Positions 16,987 to 27,696 of a stretch of DNA of 64,000 bases are shown here, piece after piece; the first letter of the stretch is position 1, and the number at the start of each line of letters is the position of its first letter. The notes under the pieces are model-generated. The model made no database searches and was not told the DNA's origin. It saw nothing but the letters and a program-made list of their open reading frames with translations. A program made the position numbers and the translations under genes. This DNA comes from an uncultured Lentisphaera sp. (GTDB lineage: Bacteria > Verrucomicrobiota > Lentisphaeria > Victivallales > GWF2-50-93), in NCBI GenBank assembly GCA_964426675.1, contig CAYRRM010000014.1, positions 922 to 64,921 on the forward strand, read 5' to 3'.

Positions 16987-19458
16987 TTATATAAATAGTG
17001 TTGCTGAAGAGCTATTTGATTCACTCAGAAAAGTTGCAACGCCACCAATGCTTATTCCGTCTATTAATTCATCTTTGTTTAGTCCCATTACATCCATTGA
17101 CATTGAACATGCTATAATTTCTACACCTCCCTTTATAGCATTATCTATAAGGGTTTGAAGATCTGAAACGTTTTTATTTTTCATTACATTTTTCATCATT
17201 GCAGTACCAATACCAAGCATATTCATTTTTGACAATTTAAGATTTTGTGGGCCTTTTGGCATCATCTCTCCAAATATAAAATCTATTAATGGTTTGCCTG
17301 TTTTCTGGGGAGCGTTTTTTCTTAATGCATTTAACCCCCAGAAAGTGAAAAACATAGACACTTTTTTCCCCATTGCTATTGCTCCATTTGCGATTACAAA
17401 TGCCGCAAGAACTTTATCAAGGTCGCCAGAAAAAACAATCATTGTTATGGAATTTCTATTGTGATGAAGTGCGTTATCTATTTTTATCTTTTTTTTTAAT
17501 GTGACCTTGATATTTGAAGCTTTTTCTTCAATGGACAATAATTCACATGAATTTGTTTCTGCCCAAGCTTTTATATCGCAGGAGAAGCCCGGATCGCTTG
17601 ATACGGCTTCTATGATTGTGCCGTCTTTTGCATTGGAAATAGCTTCTTTTATTTTTGTAATTGGTCCTGGGCATTGTAATCCTCTGAGGTCCAGGGAAAT
17701 TTTTGTTAAATGTTCTAAATTTTCAGGTATGAACTTTTCATTATTTTCTTCTATTTTTGAATATGGTTCATATGTAACTTTTCTCATGTGAGAACAAATT
17801 TTATGTCCATGAAAGCAACAAAAAGTCATTATTCCGCCGGAAAGTGTTTTGAGTTTTACTCCATTTTCTCCAAAATTATTTTGTTTTAATATTCTGTAGG
17901 CAAGGTAACTTGTAAAACCAACCCTGCAATATAGGAAAATATTTTTATCTTTTGGAATTTCAGACAGCCTTGAACGTAATTCAGAAATAGGTATATTTTG
18001 AGCATTTGGTATATGCCATAAATTAAACATTTCAGCAGGTCGGACATCAATTATTATGCCGTTTTCAGTTTTAAGCGGATAATCTTCTGGATACCAATAA
18101 TCTACATCACCTCTCAAGTAGTTAGCAGCTACGAAGCCGGCCATATTTATTGCGTCTTTCGCTGAACCATAAGGTGGGGCATATGAAAGTTCAAGTTCTT
18201 CGAGGTCAAAAACGGTCATTTCTGCTTTCATTGCAGTTGCAAGCACATCTATTCTCTTGTCTACTCCATTGAAACCAACGGCCTGGGCCCCTAAAATTTT
18301 GGCATCATTTTTGGAGAATATTAGTTTTAAATGGATTGGAGTTGCTCCTGGATAATATCCTGCATGATTTGATGGATGAAGATAGACTTTATGGTATTCT
18401 ATGTTTAGTTTTTTTGCTTTTTTTTCAGATAGTCCAACGCATCCTGCAGACATTTCGAATATTTTTAGTATTGCAGTGCCAAAAGTACCTTTATAGAAGC
18501 TGTTTAAATTACAAATATTATCTGCTGCAATTCTTCCCTGTCTATTTGCTGGACCAGCGAGTGGAATTTGAGAGGGAGTCTTTGAGACTGGATCTATTAC
18601 CTCTATTGCATCTCCTACGGCATAAATGTCAGGGTCATTTGTTTGCATTTGAGGAGATACGATTATTGCTCCAAGCTGATTTGTCTTTATTCCTGCGGAT
18701 ATTGCTAAGGTTGTTTCTGGTTTCACGCCGGTTGCGACGATGACTATATCTGTTTTTATGAATTCAGTATTTTGAAGTTCCACTATGAGTTCGTTGTTAT
18801 TTTCGCGAATTGCTGAAACGGCAACCCCAAGATGTAATTTTACACCGTTTGCTTCAAGATGATTTTGTATATCACGAGCCATTTCTTTATCAAAAGGTGG
18901 AAGTATCTGGTCGAGTAACTCTACTACGTGGACGTTTAAAGAACGCTTTCTTAGATTTTCAGCCATTTCTATGCCGATATATCCGGCTCCTATGATGAGG
19001 GCATTATTCGGACTTTCTTCATCAATTGCTTTTTTTATCCTATCCATGTCTTCTATATTTCGAAGGAACATTACTTTTTTATGATCTATTCCTGGAATGG
19101 GAGGTTTTATAGGGCTGGCTCCAGGAGATAGGACTAGTTTATCATAGGTTTCGGAATACTCTTTCCCAGTATTAAGATCTTTTATCTTTATAATTTTATT
19201 ATTTCTGTCGATTTCTACTGCTTCTGAATGTATCCTTACCTCAATGTTAAGGAGTTCAGAAAGTGATGAGGGTGTTTGTAGTAATAGAGAATCGCGAGAG
19301 GGTATTTCTCCCCCTATATGATATGGAAGACCGCAATTAGCAAAAGACACATAACCACTTTTTTCTATTACGACTATTTTTGCTTTTTCATCAAGTCTCC
19401 TTAAACGAGCTGCACATGACATGCCCCCAGCTACACCTCCAACAATAACAACTTTCAT
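16987..19458 (-). CDS. CoA-disulfide/persulfide reductase-type flavoprotein fused to rhodanese, TusA-like and DsrE-like domains
   Basis: 823 aa. FAD motif VVIVGGVAGGMS and redox Cys SFANCGLPY (CoADR/NADH-oxidase family). Second Rossmann motif IIGAGYIGIEMAE. Rhodanese segment (IIDVRPAEMF...LYCRVGFTS). TusA motif LDLRGLQCPGP. C-terminal DsrE/F-like segment (ITMIVFSGDLDKVLAAFVIANGA). Confidence 0.85.
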   Translation of the reverse strand: MKVVIVGGVAGGMSCAARLRRLDEKAKIVVIEKSGYVSFANCGLPYHIGGEIPSRDSLLLQTPSSLSELLNIEVRIHSEAVEIDRNNKIIKIKDLNTGKEYSETYDKLVLSPGASPIKPPIPGIDHKKVMFLRNIEDMDRIKKAIDEESPNNALIIGAGYIGIEMAENLRKRSLNVHVVELLDQILPPFDKEMARDIQNHLEANGVKLHLGVAVSAIRENNNELIVELQNTEFIKTDIVIVATGVKPETTLAISAGIKTNQLGAIIVSPQMQTNDPDIYAVGDAIEVIDPVSKTPSQIPLAGPANRQGRIAADNICNLNSFYKGTFGTAILKIFEMSAGCVGLSEKKAKKLNIEYHKVYLHPSNHAGYYPGATPIHLKLIFSKNDAKILGAQAVGFNGVDKRIDVLATAMKAEMTVFDLEELELSYAPPYGSAKDAINMAGFVAANYLRGDVDYWYPEDYPLKTENGIIIDVRPAEMFNLWHIPNAQNIPISELRSRLSEIPKDKNIFLYCRVGFTSYLAYRILKQNNFGENGVKLKTLSGGIMTFCCFHGHKICSHMRKVTYEPYSKIEENNEKFIPENLEHLTKISLDLRGLQCPGPITKIKEAISNAKDGTIIEAVSSDPGFSCDIKAWAETNSCELLSIEEKASNIKVTLKKKIKIDNALHHNRNSITMIVFSGDLDKVLAAFVIANGAIAMGKKVSMFFTFWGLNALRKNAPQKTGKPLIDFIFGEMMPKGPQNLKLSKMNMLGIGTAMMKNVMKNKNVSDLQTLIDNAIKGGVEIIACSMSMDVMGLNKDELIDGISIGGVATFLSESNSSSATLFI

Positions 19459-19545
19459 ATTTTTTCTCCTGTTTTTGGTGTTAGCTTATCACAATAATAT
19501 AATATTTCAAATATATAATAAAAAATTTATATATTTTTTTATCAA

Positions 19546-21090
19546 TTATTCCCATTCTATAGTGCCTGGAGGTTTTGAGGTAATGTCATATACTACTCTA
19601 TTTACGCCGTCTACTTCGTTGATTATTCTATTTGCGATTTTCGCAAGGAGTTCATATGGAAGTCTTACCCAATCTGCGGTCATTCCATCTATACTGTCTA
19701 CTGCGCGTAATGCTACTACATTGTCATAAGTTCTTTCATCACCCATTACGCCTACTGTTTTTATTGGTAGGAGTACGGCAAAAGTTTGCCATGTTTTATA
19801 GTAGAGGTCTGCTTTTTTCATTTCTTCTACTACTATACTATCGGCATTTTTAAGTATTTCGAGGTATTCTTTTTTTATTTCACCGATAATTCTCACTCCA
19901 AGTCCTGGTCCAGGGAAAGGCTGGCGTAATATTATTTCATCTGGAAGTCCAAGTTGTTTGCCTACTTCTCTTACTTCATCTTTGAAAAGTTTCGCTAGAG
20001 GCTCAAGGAGTTTTAACTTCATTTTTTTTGGTAATCCTCCAACGTTGTGATGGCTTTTTATCATTGCGCTTGGATTACCTGCTATTGGAATGCTTTCAAT
20101 TACATCTGGGTATGTAGTTCCCTGGGCAAGGAAGCCAGCATTTTTTATTTTTTTTGCTTCTTTATTGAATATATTTACAAATTCTCTGCCAATAATTTTT
20201 CTTTTTTTCTCCGGAGATGAGACGCCTTTTAATTTTTTGAGGAATAAATTTGTGGCGTTTACGTACCTGAGGGGCATTTGCATATTTTTTGAGAATAATT
20301 CAATAACTCTTTTTTCTTCGTTTTTTCTCAGGAGTCCGTTATTAACAAAAATTGGCTTAAGTTGATTTCCTATTGCCTTATGTATTAAAACGGCTGCAAC
20401 GGAGGAATCAACTCCACCACTAAGTCCAAGAATTACATTTTTATCTTCAACTTTTTCTTTTATTTCTTTTAACGATTTTTCTATAAATGAAGTCATTGTC
20501 CAGTTAGCCGAGGCTGCACAGATTTTGATACAAAAATTTCTGAGCATATCTATTCCATTTGGTGTATGTACGACTTCAGGGTGAAACTGGATGCCAATAA
20601 TTTTTAAGTTGGAATTTTCGGCGGCCGCGAATTCCGTATTATTTGTAGTTGCAATAGATTTAAAATTTTGGGGGAGAGAGAGAACCTTATCACCGTGACT
20701 CATCCATACAATATTTTTTGTTGGTAGGCCATGAAAAAACAAATTATTTGTATCAGCCGTTAATTCAGTTCTGCCGTATTCTCTGGATTTTGAACGCTCT
20801 ACTTTTCCTCCGAGTAAATGAACGATTAATTGAAATCCATAACAAATTCCAAGAATTGGGATTCCCAGTTTAAATATATTTTTATCACAACATGGAGCAT
20901 TTTTGGAATATACACTGGCTGGACCTCCGCTAAGGATTATACCTATTGGAGATAGTCTCTTTATTTCTTCCGCTGTTGTATTGTAGTGAAGTAGCTGGCT
21001 AAAGACCCCGCATTCACGTATTCTTCTTGCTATTAGCTGGCTGTATTGTGAACCGAAATCAAGAATTGTTATAAGTTCTTTTTCTTTCAT
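19546..21090 (-). CDS. guaA: GMP synthase (glutamine-hydrolysing)
   Basis: 514 aa. GATase-1 ([13 protein letters not shown]), ATP-PPase SGGVDSSV, and the conserved C-terminus PPGTIEWE. Confidence 0.97.
   Translation of the reverse strand: MKEKELITILDFGSQYSQLIARRIRECGVFSQLLHYNTTAEEIKRLSPIGIILSGGPASVYSKNAPCCDKNIFKLGIPILGICYGFQLIVHLLGGKVERSKSREYGRTELTADTNNLFFHGLPTKNIVWMSHGDKVLSLPQNFKSIATTNNTEFAAAENSNLKIIGIQFHPEVVHTPNGIDMLRNFCIKICAASANWTMTSFIEKSLKEIKEKVEDKNVILGLSGGVDSSVAAVLIHKAIGNQLKPIFVNNGLLRKNEEKRVIELFSKNMQMPLRYVNATNLFLKKLKGVSSPEKKRKIIGREFVNIFNKEAKKIKNAGFLAQGTTYPDVIESIPIAGNPSAMIKSHHNVGGLPKKMKLKLLEPLAKLFKDEVREVGKQLGLPDEIILRQPFPGPGLGVRIIGEIKKEYLEILKNADSIVVEEMKKADLYYKTWQTFAVLLPIKTVGVMGDERTYDNVVALRAVDSIDGMTADWVRLPYELLAKIANRIINEVDGVNRVVYDITSKPPGTIEWE
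19633..19645. repeat. Iterated palindrome TGCGA-N3-TCGCA copy
   Basis: TGCGATTTTCGCA in guaA (-). AKIA. Confidence 0.95.
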
Positions 21091-21100
21091 ATTTTTTCCT

Positions 21101-21349
21101 TTATTTTCTTTTTATGACACAGATATCATTACATCGTGGGCAATTTGCAAGTTTTTCTCCTGCTTTTACAAGGAATCCCCTATGACATTTACTACAGATG
21201 CAAATGGAAGGAGAGGAAATATACCATTGATATGATTTAAGCCTAATCAATTCTCTTATCCAGAGCAAAAGAATAGATAATAGACAGAAAACTATATAAA
21301 GAATAAAAAAATCTTGTGCAGATATCTGAATCATATTTATTCTCCCCAA
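21101..21349 (-). CDS. Small membrane protein with C-terminal zinc-ribbon (CxxC...CxxC)
   Basis: 82 aa with one TM segment, then CSKCHRGF...CPRCNDIC. Overlaps the upstream ORF by 13 nt. Function unknown. Confidence 0.4.
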   Translation of the reverse strand: MGRINMIQISAQDFFILYIVFCLLSILLLWIRELIRLKSYQWYISSPSICICSKCHRGFLVKAGEKLANCPRCNDICVIKRK

Positions 21350-22080
21350 TTTACTATAATTGTTGTTTCTATTTTTGGAAAGTTTTTCATTTTTAGAAAG
21401 ATAGCTTGAGACAGTATTAAGGCTACTTTAAAATCAAGTTCTTGATTTGAAGAACTTGTAACTATTTCAAAAATAGGTAAGGCATTTGGGCTTCTTTTTT
21501 TTAATAAAATTTTGGTAGGATGCATTTTTTTTTCATGAGGTTTTAGTTCTTTTATAAGCTCTGATAAGTCATCATACTTGTTTCCGTAGCCGTCAAATAC
21601 TATAGGATATTTAATTGATTCGGAATTTATTTCTGCAGGGATATCTGAATTCCGAAATTCAGTCATAAATGCAAGAGATGACAAGAATTGGTTGGCTGTA
21701 AGTTTTGCGAGGCATTCCTTTTGAGAAGATGGATTATTTTGCTTTCTTATATTTTCTTCCTGGAGGAGATTCTCATTTTGATGAAATTGGAAACGTTTTT
21801 GAGGGGCAAATGCAAATGCTGAAAAGCCATTTTTTATGTCTGGAGTCAGAATATAAGATGAACTTTTATACTTTATTGTTGATGTTAGAGAAGCTGTTTT
21901 TGTTAATGTTATTGGTGAAATTATGTAATTATTTGATTTAGATTTAGGTTGTTCTTGTACTAATGGATTTCTCCGGGAGAAAAATAGTAAAAAAGAGTGT
22001 AAGACTATAGTAACTATCAGACTGAGAATGAATCTGAACTTAGAAGTATCGTAATATTTAATTTTTATTTGTTGTATCAT
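21337..22080 (-). CDS. Membrane-anchored protein, weak TonB-like C-terminus
   Basis: 247 aa with an N-terminal TM and its position after exbB-exbD. The C-terminal SSSNQELDFKVALILSQAIF loosely resembles the TonB_C SSG..LD.AA..A pattern. No Pro-rich linker seen. Confidence 0.4.
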   Translation of the reverse strand: MIQQIKIKYYDTSKFRFILSLIVTIVLHSFLLFFSRRNPLVQEQPKSKSNNYIISPITLTKTASLTSTIKYKSSSYILTPDIKNGFSAFAFAPQKRFQFHQNENLLQEENIRKQNNPSSQKECLAKLTANQFLSSLAFMTEFRNSDIPAEINSESIKYPIVFDGYGNKYDDLSELIKELKPHEKKMHPTKILLKKRSPNALPIFEIVTSSSNQELDFKVALILSQAIFLKMKNFPKIETTIIVNWGE

Positions 22081-22489
22081 CTGGTATTTTCTCCGGGCTA
22101 ACAGCGGCTATTACATCTAATTTTAAATGTTGAGCTAATGACATAAGTTTAATAATTTCCCCATATTCTATGCTTTTATCAGCAATTATTATCACTGTTT
22201 TTACCTGCCATTTTGCTGTATAATTTCCTAATTGTATTTTTATTTGATCCCAGTTATATCTTTCATCATTAAACAGATACGATCCATTCTTTTCTATGGT
22301 AATTACAATTTTTTCTGCTTTTGTTTCTTCTGGACTGACGGCTTCTGGTAGTTTGATTTCGATGCCAGTTATCTGAACAAATGAGCTTGAAAGCATGAAG
22401 AAAAGAAGAAGTAAAAATACAACATCTATCATTGGTGTGAGATCGGGTTTTCCTTTTATTATGGATAATTTTGTTCTGAATGAATTCAT
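22058..22489 (-). CDS. exbD: ExbD/TolR biopolymer transport protein
   Basis: 143 aa. N-terminal DLTPMIDVVFLLLLFFM TM motif typical of ExbD/TolR. 4-nt overlap with exbB. Confidence 0.85.
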   Translation of the reverse strand: MNSFRTKLSIIKGKPDLTPMIDVVFLLLLFFMLSSSFVQITGIEIKLPEAVSPEETKAEKIVITIEKNGSYLFNDERYNWDQIKIQLGNYTAKWQVKTVIIIADKSIEYGEIIKLMSLAQHLKLDVIAAVSPEKIPDDTTNKN

Positions 22490-23133
22490 TGATTATTTAA
22501 CTTTATTGACTTTTTATTTTCTCTTAGAAAAGATATCATTTCTGATGCGGCTTTTTCCATTTCAATAGTAATATTTTCGATTCTTGATACCAGGTAGTTA
22601 TAGGCTACGTAGCAGGGTATTGCAACACAGAGTCCGCCGGCTGTTGTATATAGAGCTTCACCAATATTTTTTGCGAGATCTTTTGCATTGACGAAGGCAC
22701 CGAGGTTATTAATTGTATTAAACACACCAATCATTCCCAGGACGGTTCCTAGGAGACCTAACAGTGGTGTTATATAAGCTATTGTCGCGAGAATATTCAT
22801 TCTTGCTTCAAGGCGTGGAATTTCTTCCAAGGCTGCATCTTGAACAGTCTGAGAAATATCAGTATCTTCATTTTCAATGCTCAAGATAGCTGTTTTTAAT
22901 ATATGAGCTATTGGGCCTGGCGTGTCCTCACAAATGCTTATAGCCTCAACTATATTGCCTTTTTTTATTACGTTTATAAGACCCTTGATTAGTTCTCCTG
23001 CATTGATTTGAATTCTATGAAGATAAAAAAGTTTTTCGATAAAGACGAAAACAGCTATAACACTACAAAATGCAATTATCCACATAATTGGGCCGCCTAT
23101 GAAAATAATATCTTTGATAATCATATTTTTCAA
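22486..23133 (-). CDS. exbB: MotA/TolQ/ExbB proton-channel protein
   Basis: 215 aa with three TM segments and the conserved C-terminal channel region (LGLLGTVLGMI...ALYTTAGGL). Confidence 0.9.
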   Translation of the reverse strand: MKNMIIKDIIFIGGPIMWIIAFCSVIAVFVFIEKLFYLHRIQINAGELIKGLINVIKKGNIVEAISICEDTPGPIAHILKTAILSIENEDTDISQTVQDAALEEIPRLEARMNILATIAYITPLLGLLGTVLGMIGVFNTINNLGAFVNAKDLAKNIGEALYTTAGGLCVAIPCYVAYNYLVSRIENITIEMEKAASEMISFLRENKKSIKLNNQ

Positions 23134-25653
23134 TTACTCCTTTTTTTTGAGTTTTTCTTTTGCTGCATTTATATTTGCTTTCATTTGTTGTATTTGTTCT
23201 GGTGCCAGGTTATAATATTCATTATAAAGCTTTTCTGCCTCAAGAATCGAGTAAAAGTCATTTTTCTCAAGGTAGATTTTTATGGCGTTAACAGCAGCTT
23301 TTACAGCCCATAAGGGGGCTCTTTTGATACCTCTCTTTTGATCCACATAAAACAGAGTTAAAACTTCTCTATAATTTTTTACTGCAGCGCCCAGGTCTCC
23401 CATTTTTTCTTCACATTTACCGAGTTTAAATAAAGCCTGTTCTATTGTTGTGATTGGAGCTTTTTTATTTTCCACTATTTTTTCATAGAATTCACATGCT
23501 TTTATGAGATTCTGATTATCTTTATTACTGAGAGCAAAATACATATCGCCTAATCTGCCATAAGAAGATATAGCCAGGAGAGAATCAGGTTTTTTCATGA
23601 TTATTTTCATAAAGAATGGTATTGCTTTCTCATATTCGCCAATTTCACTGAGCTTATCACCTCTTAGAAAGTATCCTTCAAAACAGGCATCTGTATCAGG
23701 GTATTTTTCAGAGAGTTCATCAAGCATAAAGAATGCTCTTTGTGTATCGGAGACAGATAGTGCGATTTTCGCAGCTTCAAACATTGCATCTGAGGCTATT
23801 TCAGGGAAAGCGGAGAAATCATCTTTTATTTTTAGATATACTTTTTCTGCTTTATCTTTTTCATTATTAGCTGATTTAAAGTCTGCGAGCCATAAAAGAG
23901 CAAATCCGGCTTCTTTAGAACTTTTATATTTTTCATAAAATTCAAGAATATTTTTTTCCGCTTCAATGAATTTTCCTTGTAATATTTGAGAATATATTCC
24001 TTTATAATTAGCAGAAAGAGAGAGGTGGTTGTCCGGGTATTTTTTTGAGAGAGTAAGATAAAAGTTTTCTGCGGATGAATAATCTTGTTTTTTGAAAAAA
24101 ATATCTGCAAGTTCCATTATAGAATTAGGCGTAAATGGACTATTAGGGTATTTTTCTATAAAATCTTTAAAGGCTGTTTCTGCTTTTTCATATTTTTCTT
24201 CATTTTTTAATGATAGTGCCTGATAAAATAATATTTCCTGAAGGTTTTTCGAATTAGCTATTTCTTTATTAAATCTATCTATTGAAGAATTTAGTTCGGT
24301 ATAATTCCCGGCATTATAAAGTGCTTTTATTTGCCACAGTAGAGCATCATCGAAATATTTTCCTTTTTTCTGGAGTATTTCTCCGAATAATTTTGCAGAT
24401 TCTTCATATTTTTTTTTGGCGAAGAGGAGTTTTGCATGTAAGAATGTAGCTGTTTCAGTGGCAAGAGGAGATTTATTTTCAGATATTAGGGAAATAATAA
24501 AATCTACAGGTTCAAAGTCACCAGCATTTATGAAAGACATTGCGATTTCAGCTGATAATATGATACGATTGTTATCATCAAAAGAAATGATTTTTCTTTT
24601 ATATTCTTCAAAGGCTATTTTGTTTTTTCCAGTTTCAATGAGTCCAGTAATATATTTTAATATAAGCTCTTTAGAAATGGGCAAGTTGTAATACTTTTCA
24701 ATAAGTTCTTTATATGTCTTTATTGCCTCATCTTTTTTTCCAATGTTATATTCTATATCAGCTTTTATAATATCAAAGTTAAGTTTGAGTGCACCTTTTC
24801 TTATATACTTATCAGCATCGTTAATAAACATTGATGCAGAGTTGATATCCTTATCATGAAGGGCATGAATACATAAAGCCCATACTTGGTATTCAAATGA
24901 TTTTTTTCTGCATTCTTTCTGAATATCAATTTTTTTGTAGGACTCTAATGCTTTTTCCTTTTGGCCTGATGAGAAAAAATGTATGATATTAGAAAAACTA
25001 TCTTGTTCTTTATCCAGGTAGGGTATTTGTTGGATTTTTTTTCCAGACAATTCAGAGACAACGAAAATTAGTGCTTCAGCGATTTCATTCCATTCTTGAT
25101 CTGTCTTCTCTGTTTCAATTCTTTTTATATATTTTTCTGCCTCATTCCAATTTTCAGTAGATATATAACTCAGAGAGAGAGAAAGTAAAATTCTGCAACT
25201 GAGTTCCTTATTGGACAATGATGTTGAATCTGCGATATTTTTTAATTCTTCGATTGTATTGGTGATATTTCCTTCTGATAATTCCACTATTGACTTGAGA
25301 TAGATAAAGTTAGCTTTTGTATCGAGATCAGCAAAAATTTGAGCTTTAAATTCTCCTTCAAAAGTCTTCAGTTCATCTTTTGCCTCATCTATTGAATCGT
25401 TATCAATAAGAAGAGATATTAATATTAACCAGGCTTTTATTTTTTCAGAGGGGTCTTTATAAAGTTTAAGCAGTTCCCTTTGATACTTAATTGCCGTATC
25501 TAACTGCATATCTTTGATAGCTTTAGCAGCAAGTAATTTTATTCTTTCTATATCATTATCTTGAGGTTCTACCTGAGAAAAAACATGAGGAATTATAAGA
25601 ACCTGAAAGAGACAAAATAGAAATAGTTTAGTGATATTTTTGAGAAGATGCAT
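23134..25653 (-). CDS. Secreted tetratricopeptide-repeat (TPR) protein
   Basis: 839 aa with a signal peptide. Many A/Y/F-spaced 34-residue repeats (e.g. YKEALEL-type helices, YbgF-like C-terminal repeats). Its stop abuts the exbB start codon (23134/23133). Confidence 0.8.
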   Translation of the reverse strand: MHLLKNITKLFLFCLFQVLIIPHVFSQVEPQDNDIERIKLLAAKAIKDMQLDTAIKYQRELLKLYKDPSEKIKAWLILISLLIDNDSIDEAKDELKTFEGEFKAQIFADLDTKANFIYLKSIVELSEGNITNTIEELKNIADSTSLSNKELSCRILLSLSLSYISTENWNEAEKYIKRIETEKTDQEWNEIAEALIFVVSELSGKKIQQIPYLDKEQDSFSNIIHFFSSGQKEKALESYKKIDIQKECRKKSFEYQVWALCIHALHDKDINSASMFINDADKYIRKGALKLNFDIIKADIEYNIGKKDEAIKTYKELIEKYYNLPISKELILKYITGLIETGKNKIAFEEYKRKIISFDDNNRIILSAEIAMSFINAGDFEPVDFIISLISENKSPLATETATFLHAKLLFAKKKYEESAKLFGEILQKKGKYFDDALLWQIKALYNAGNYTELNSSIDRFNKEIANSKNLQEILFYQALSLKNEEKYEKAETAFKDFIEKYPNSPFTPNSIMELADIFFKKQDYSSAENFYLTLSKKYPDNHLSLSANYKGIYSQILQGKFIEAEKNILEFYEKYKSSKEAGFALLWLADFKSANNEKDKAEKVYLKIKDDFSAFPEIASDAMFEAAKIALSVSDTQRAFFMLDELSEKYPDTDACFEGYFLRGDKLSEIGEYEKAIPFFMKIIMKKPDSLLAISSYGRLGDMYFALSNKDNQNLIKACEFYEKIVENKKAPITTIEQALFKLGKCEEKMGDLGAAVKNYREVLTLFYVDQKRGIKRAPLWAVKAAVNAIKIYLEKNDFYSILEAEKLYNEYYNLAPEQIQQMKANINAAKEKLKKKE
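23761..23773. repeat. Iterated palindrome TGCGA-N3-TCGCA copy
   Basis: TGCGATTTTCGCA in the TPR gene (-). AKIA. Confidence 0.95.
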
Positions 25654-25782
25654 TTTTAAGTTATAGTATTTTAAAATTTTATAAATATTTTTGCTACTAA
25701 TTAATGGTTAGTAAAAATAAAATTATCAATTAAGTTAAATAATAATTATATATCCTGAAAACGATTTTTCCAAAGAATATAA

Positions 25783-27117
25783 ATGAAAAAGGGCATAGAA
25801 AGAAATCTTTTATATAAGGTTGCAGCGGGGATTGTAGCCGAACTTACGAAAAACGGATTTAAGGCATATTTTGCAGGAGGGTTTACAAGGGATTGGTTAC
25901 TTGGTAGGCCAATAAAAGATATAGATATAGCAACAGATGCCAGGCCGGATGAAGTAAAAGAAATATTCCCGACAGTCTTTGAAACTGGTAAAGCATTTGG
26001 TGTGCTAAATCTAAAAAGAGATGATTTTATATTTGAAATTGCAACATTTAGAGAAGAGAAGGGATATTCTGATGGAAGACATCCTGATTTTGTTGCATAT
26101 ACAAAAGATGCAAAAATAGACTCCATGAGGAGGGATTTTACCATTAATTCCATGTTTTTCTCTCCTGATAGCCGTGAAATAATTGATTATCAGAGGGGAT
26201 TGGAAGACTTATCAAAGGGGGTGATAAGAACAGTAGGAGATCCTGATAAGAGGTTTTCAGAAGATTATTTGAGAATACTCCGGGCGATTCGTTTTTCCTC
26301 AGAATATGGTTTTGAAATAGAAAAAAATACCGAAGCGGCAATGATAAAAAATTCAGAAAATTTAAGAAAAATATCTGCTGAAAGAATCCGTGACGAACTC
26401 CTAAAAATGCTCCTGGGATTTAATCCATCAGATGCCTTTAGAAAAATGGAAAAAACAAAAGTATTAAATGTTATAATTTCACAATTATCTGAAATGAGAA
26501 ATACGGAACAGGATGAAATCTTTCACCCAGAGGGAGACGTTATGGAACATACTTTGTTAATGTTATCTCATATGGTATCACCTTCTGTTGAATTAGCCCT
26601 TTCTGTTTTGTTTCACGATTGCGGAAAACCTATGACATATTTAAAAGGAGATGATGGAAGGACTCACTTTTACGGACATGAAGATGAGGGAGCAAAACTT
26701 GCGGAGAAAATAATGAAAGATTTGAGAATACCTTTAAATACTATAAAAACAGTTTCTAAAATTGTTGCTGGACATATGCGTATTTCTGCAGTTTCAGATA
26801 TGCGTAAGGCAAAATTATCCCGGTTTCTTTGTGATAAAGATTTTTTTTATCACCTTGAGTTGAATAGGATTGATTGTATATCAAGTCATAAGAAAATGCA
26901 ATCATTTGTTTTTCTTCTTGACAAATTCGCTGAATTTTGTGTGCAACCGGAGATGCCCAGGCCCCTCATAAATGGTGATGATCTTATTCAACTTGGCTTG
27001 AAACCGGGGCCTGATTTTAAAAAAATTCTTAGAGAATTGTATGATAAACAACTTGAGGATCCTGATTTAACTAAAGAAGAACTTCTGAACAAAGTAAAGG
27101 AAGATGTCTTGTGGTAA
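25783..27117 (+). CDS. cca: CCA-adding tRNA nucleotidyltransferase with HD domain
   Basis: GGFTRDWLLGRPIKDIDIAT head motif, RRDFTINSM, ED.LRILRAIRF, and a later HD-domain segment (LFHDCGKP). Confidence 0.85.
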   Translation: MKKGIERNLLYKVAAGIVAELTKNGFKAYFAGGFTRDWLLGRPIKDIDIATDARPDEVKEIFPTVFETGKAFGVLNLKRDDFIFEIATFREEKGYSDGRHPDFVAYTKDAKIDSMRRDFTINSMFFSPDSREIIDYQRGLEDLSKGVIRTVGDPDKRFSEDYLRILRAIRFSSEYGFEIEKNTEAAMIKNSENLRKISAERIRDELLKMLLGFNPSDAFRKMEKTKVLNVIISQLSEMRNTEQDEIFHPEGDVMEHTLLMLSHMVSPSVELALSVLFHDCGKPMTYLKGDDGRTHFYGHEDEGAKLAEKIMKDLRIPLNTIKTVSKIVAGHMRISAVSDMRKAKLSRFLCDKDFFYHLELNRIDCISSHKKMQSFVFLLDKFAEFCVQPEMPRPLINGDDLIQLGLKPGPDFKKILRELYDKQLEDPDLTKEELLNKVKEDVLW

Positions 27118-27131
27118 TTACTGGAATTATT

Positions 27132-27668
27132 ATGATTGGGCTTGCTCTCTCTATGGATGCATTTGCTGTTTCTATCGCAACTGGTGCATCTCTTAAGAAA
27201 GATAGATTTTTTGAGGCTCTTAGAATTGCTACTGCTTTTGGTTTTTTTCAGGCAATCATGCCTATTATCGGTGCTGGGATTGGAATTAAGTTTAAAAATT
27301 TAATATCAGATTGGGATCATTGGGTAGCTTTTCTAATTCTTTTGATAATAGGGCTTAAAATGATATATGAAGCGCATTTTATTGAAAAAGAGGAAAAGAA
27401 AGAAGGTGGAGTATTATCCTATAAAACGCTTATTATACTTTCCATTGGAACCAGTATAGATGCTATGGCAACAGGTTTTTCAATTTCTTTAATTGGAGAC
27501 AATATAATATTTTCTGCTATGATAATTGGGATTGTTACATTTTTAGTTTGTTTTTGTGGCGTTTTTTTAGGAGAAAAGATCGGCCATTTTTTGGAAGGAA
27601 AGATAGAGACAGCAGGTGGGATAATACTTATATTAGTAGGCTTGAAAATACTTCTTTCTCATCTGTAA
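27132..27668 (+). CDS. mntP: Manganese efflux pump MntP
   Basis: Two repeats of the DUF204 motif (LALSMDAFAVSIA and GTSIDAMATGFS) and six predicted TMs. ATG 27132 is preferred to the track's GTG 27111, which overlaps the cca stop. Confidence 0.8.
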   Translation: MIGLALSMDAFAVSIATGASLKKDRFFEALRIATAFGFFQAIMPIIGAGIGIKFKNLISDWDHWVAFLILLIIGLKMIYEAHFIEKEEKKEGGVLSYKTLIILSIGTSIDAMATGFSISLIGDNIIFSAMIIGIVTFLVCFCGVFLGEKIGHFLEGKIETAGGIILILVGLKILLSHL

Positions 27669-27696
27669 GATACTTTGGGATTGTTACTACCATTAA

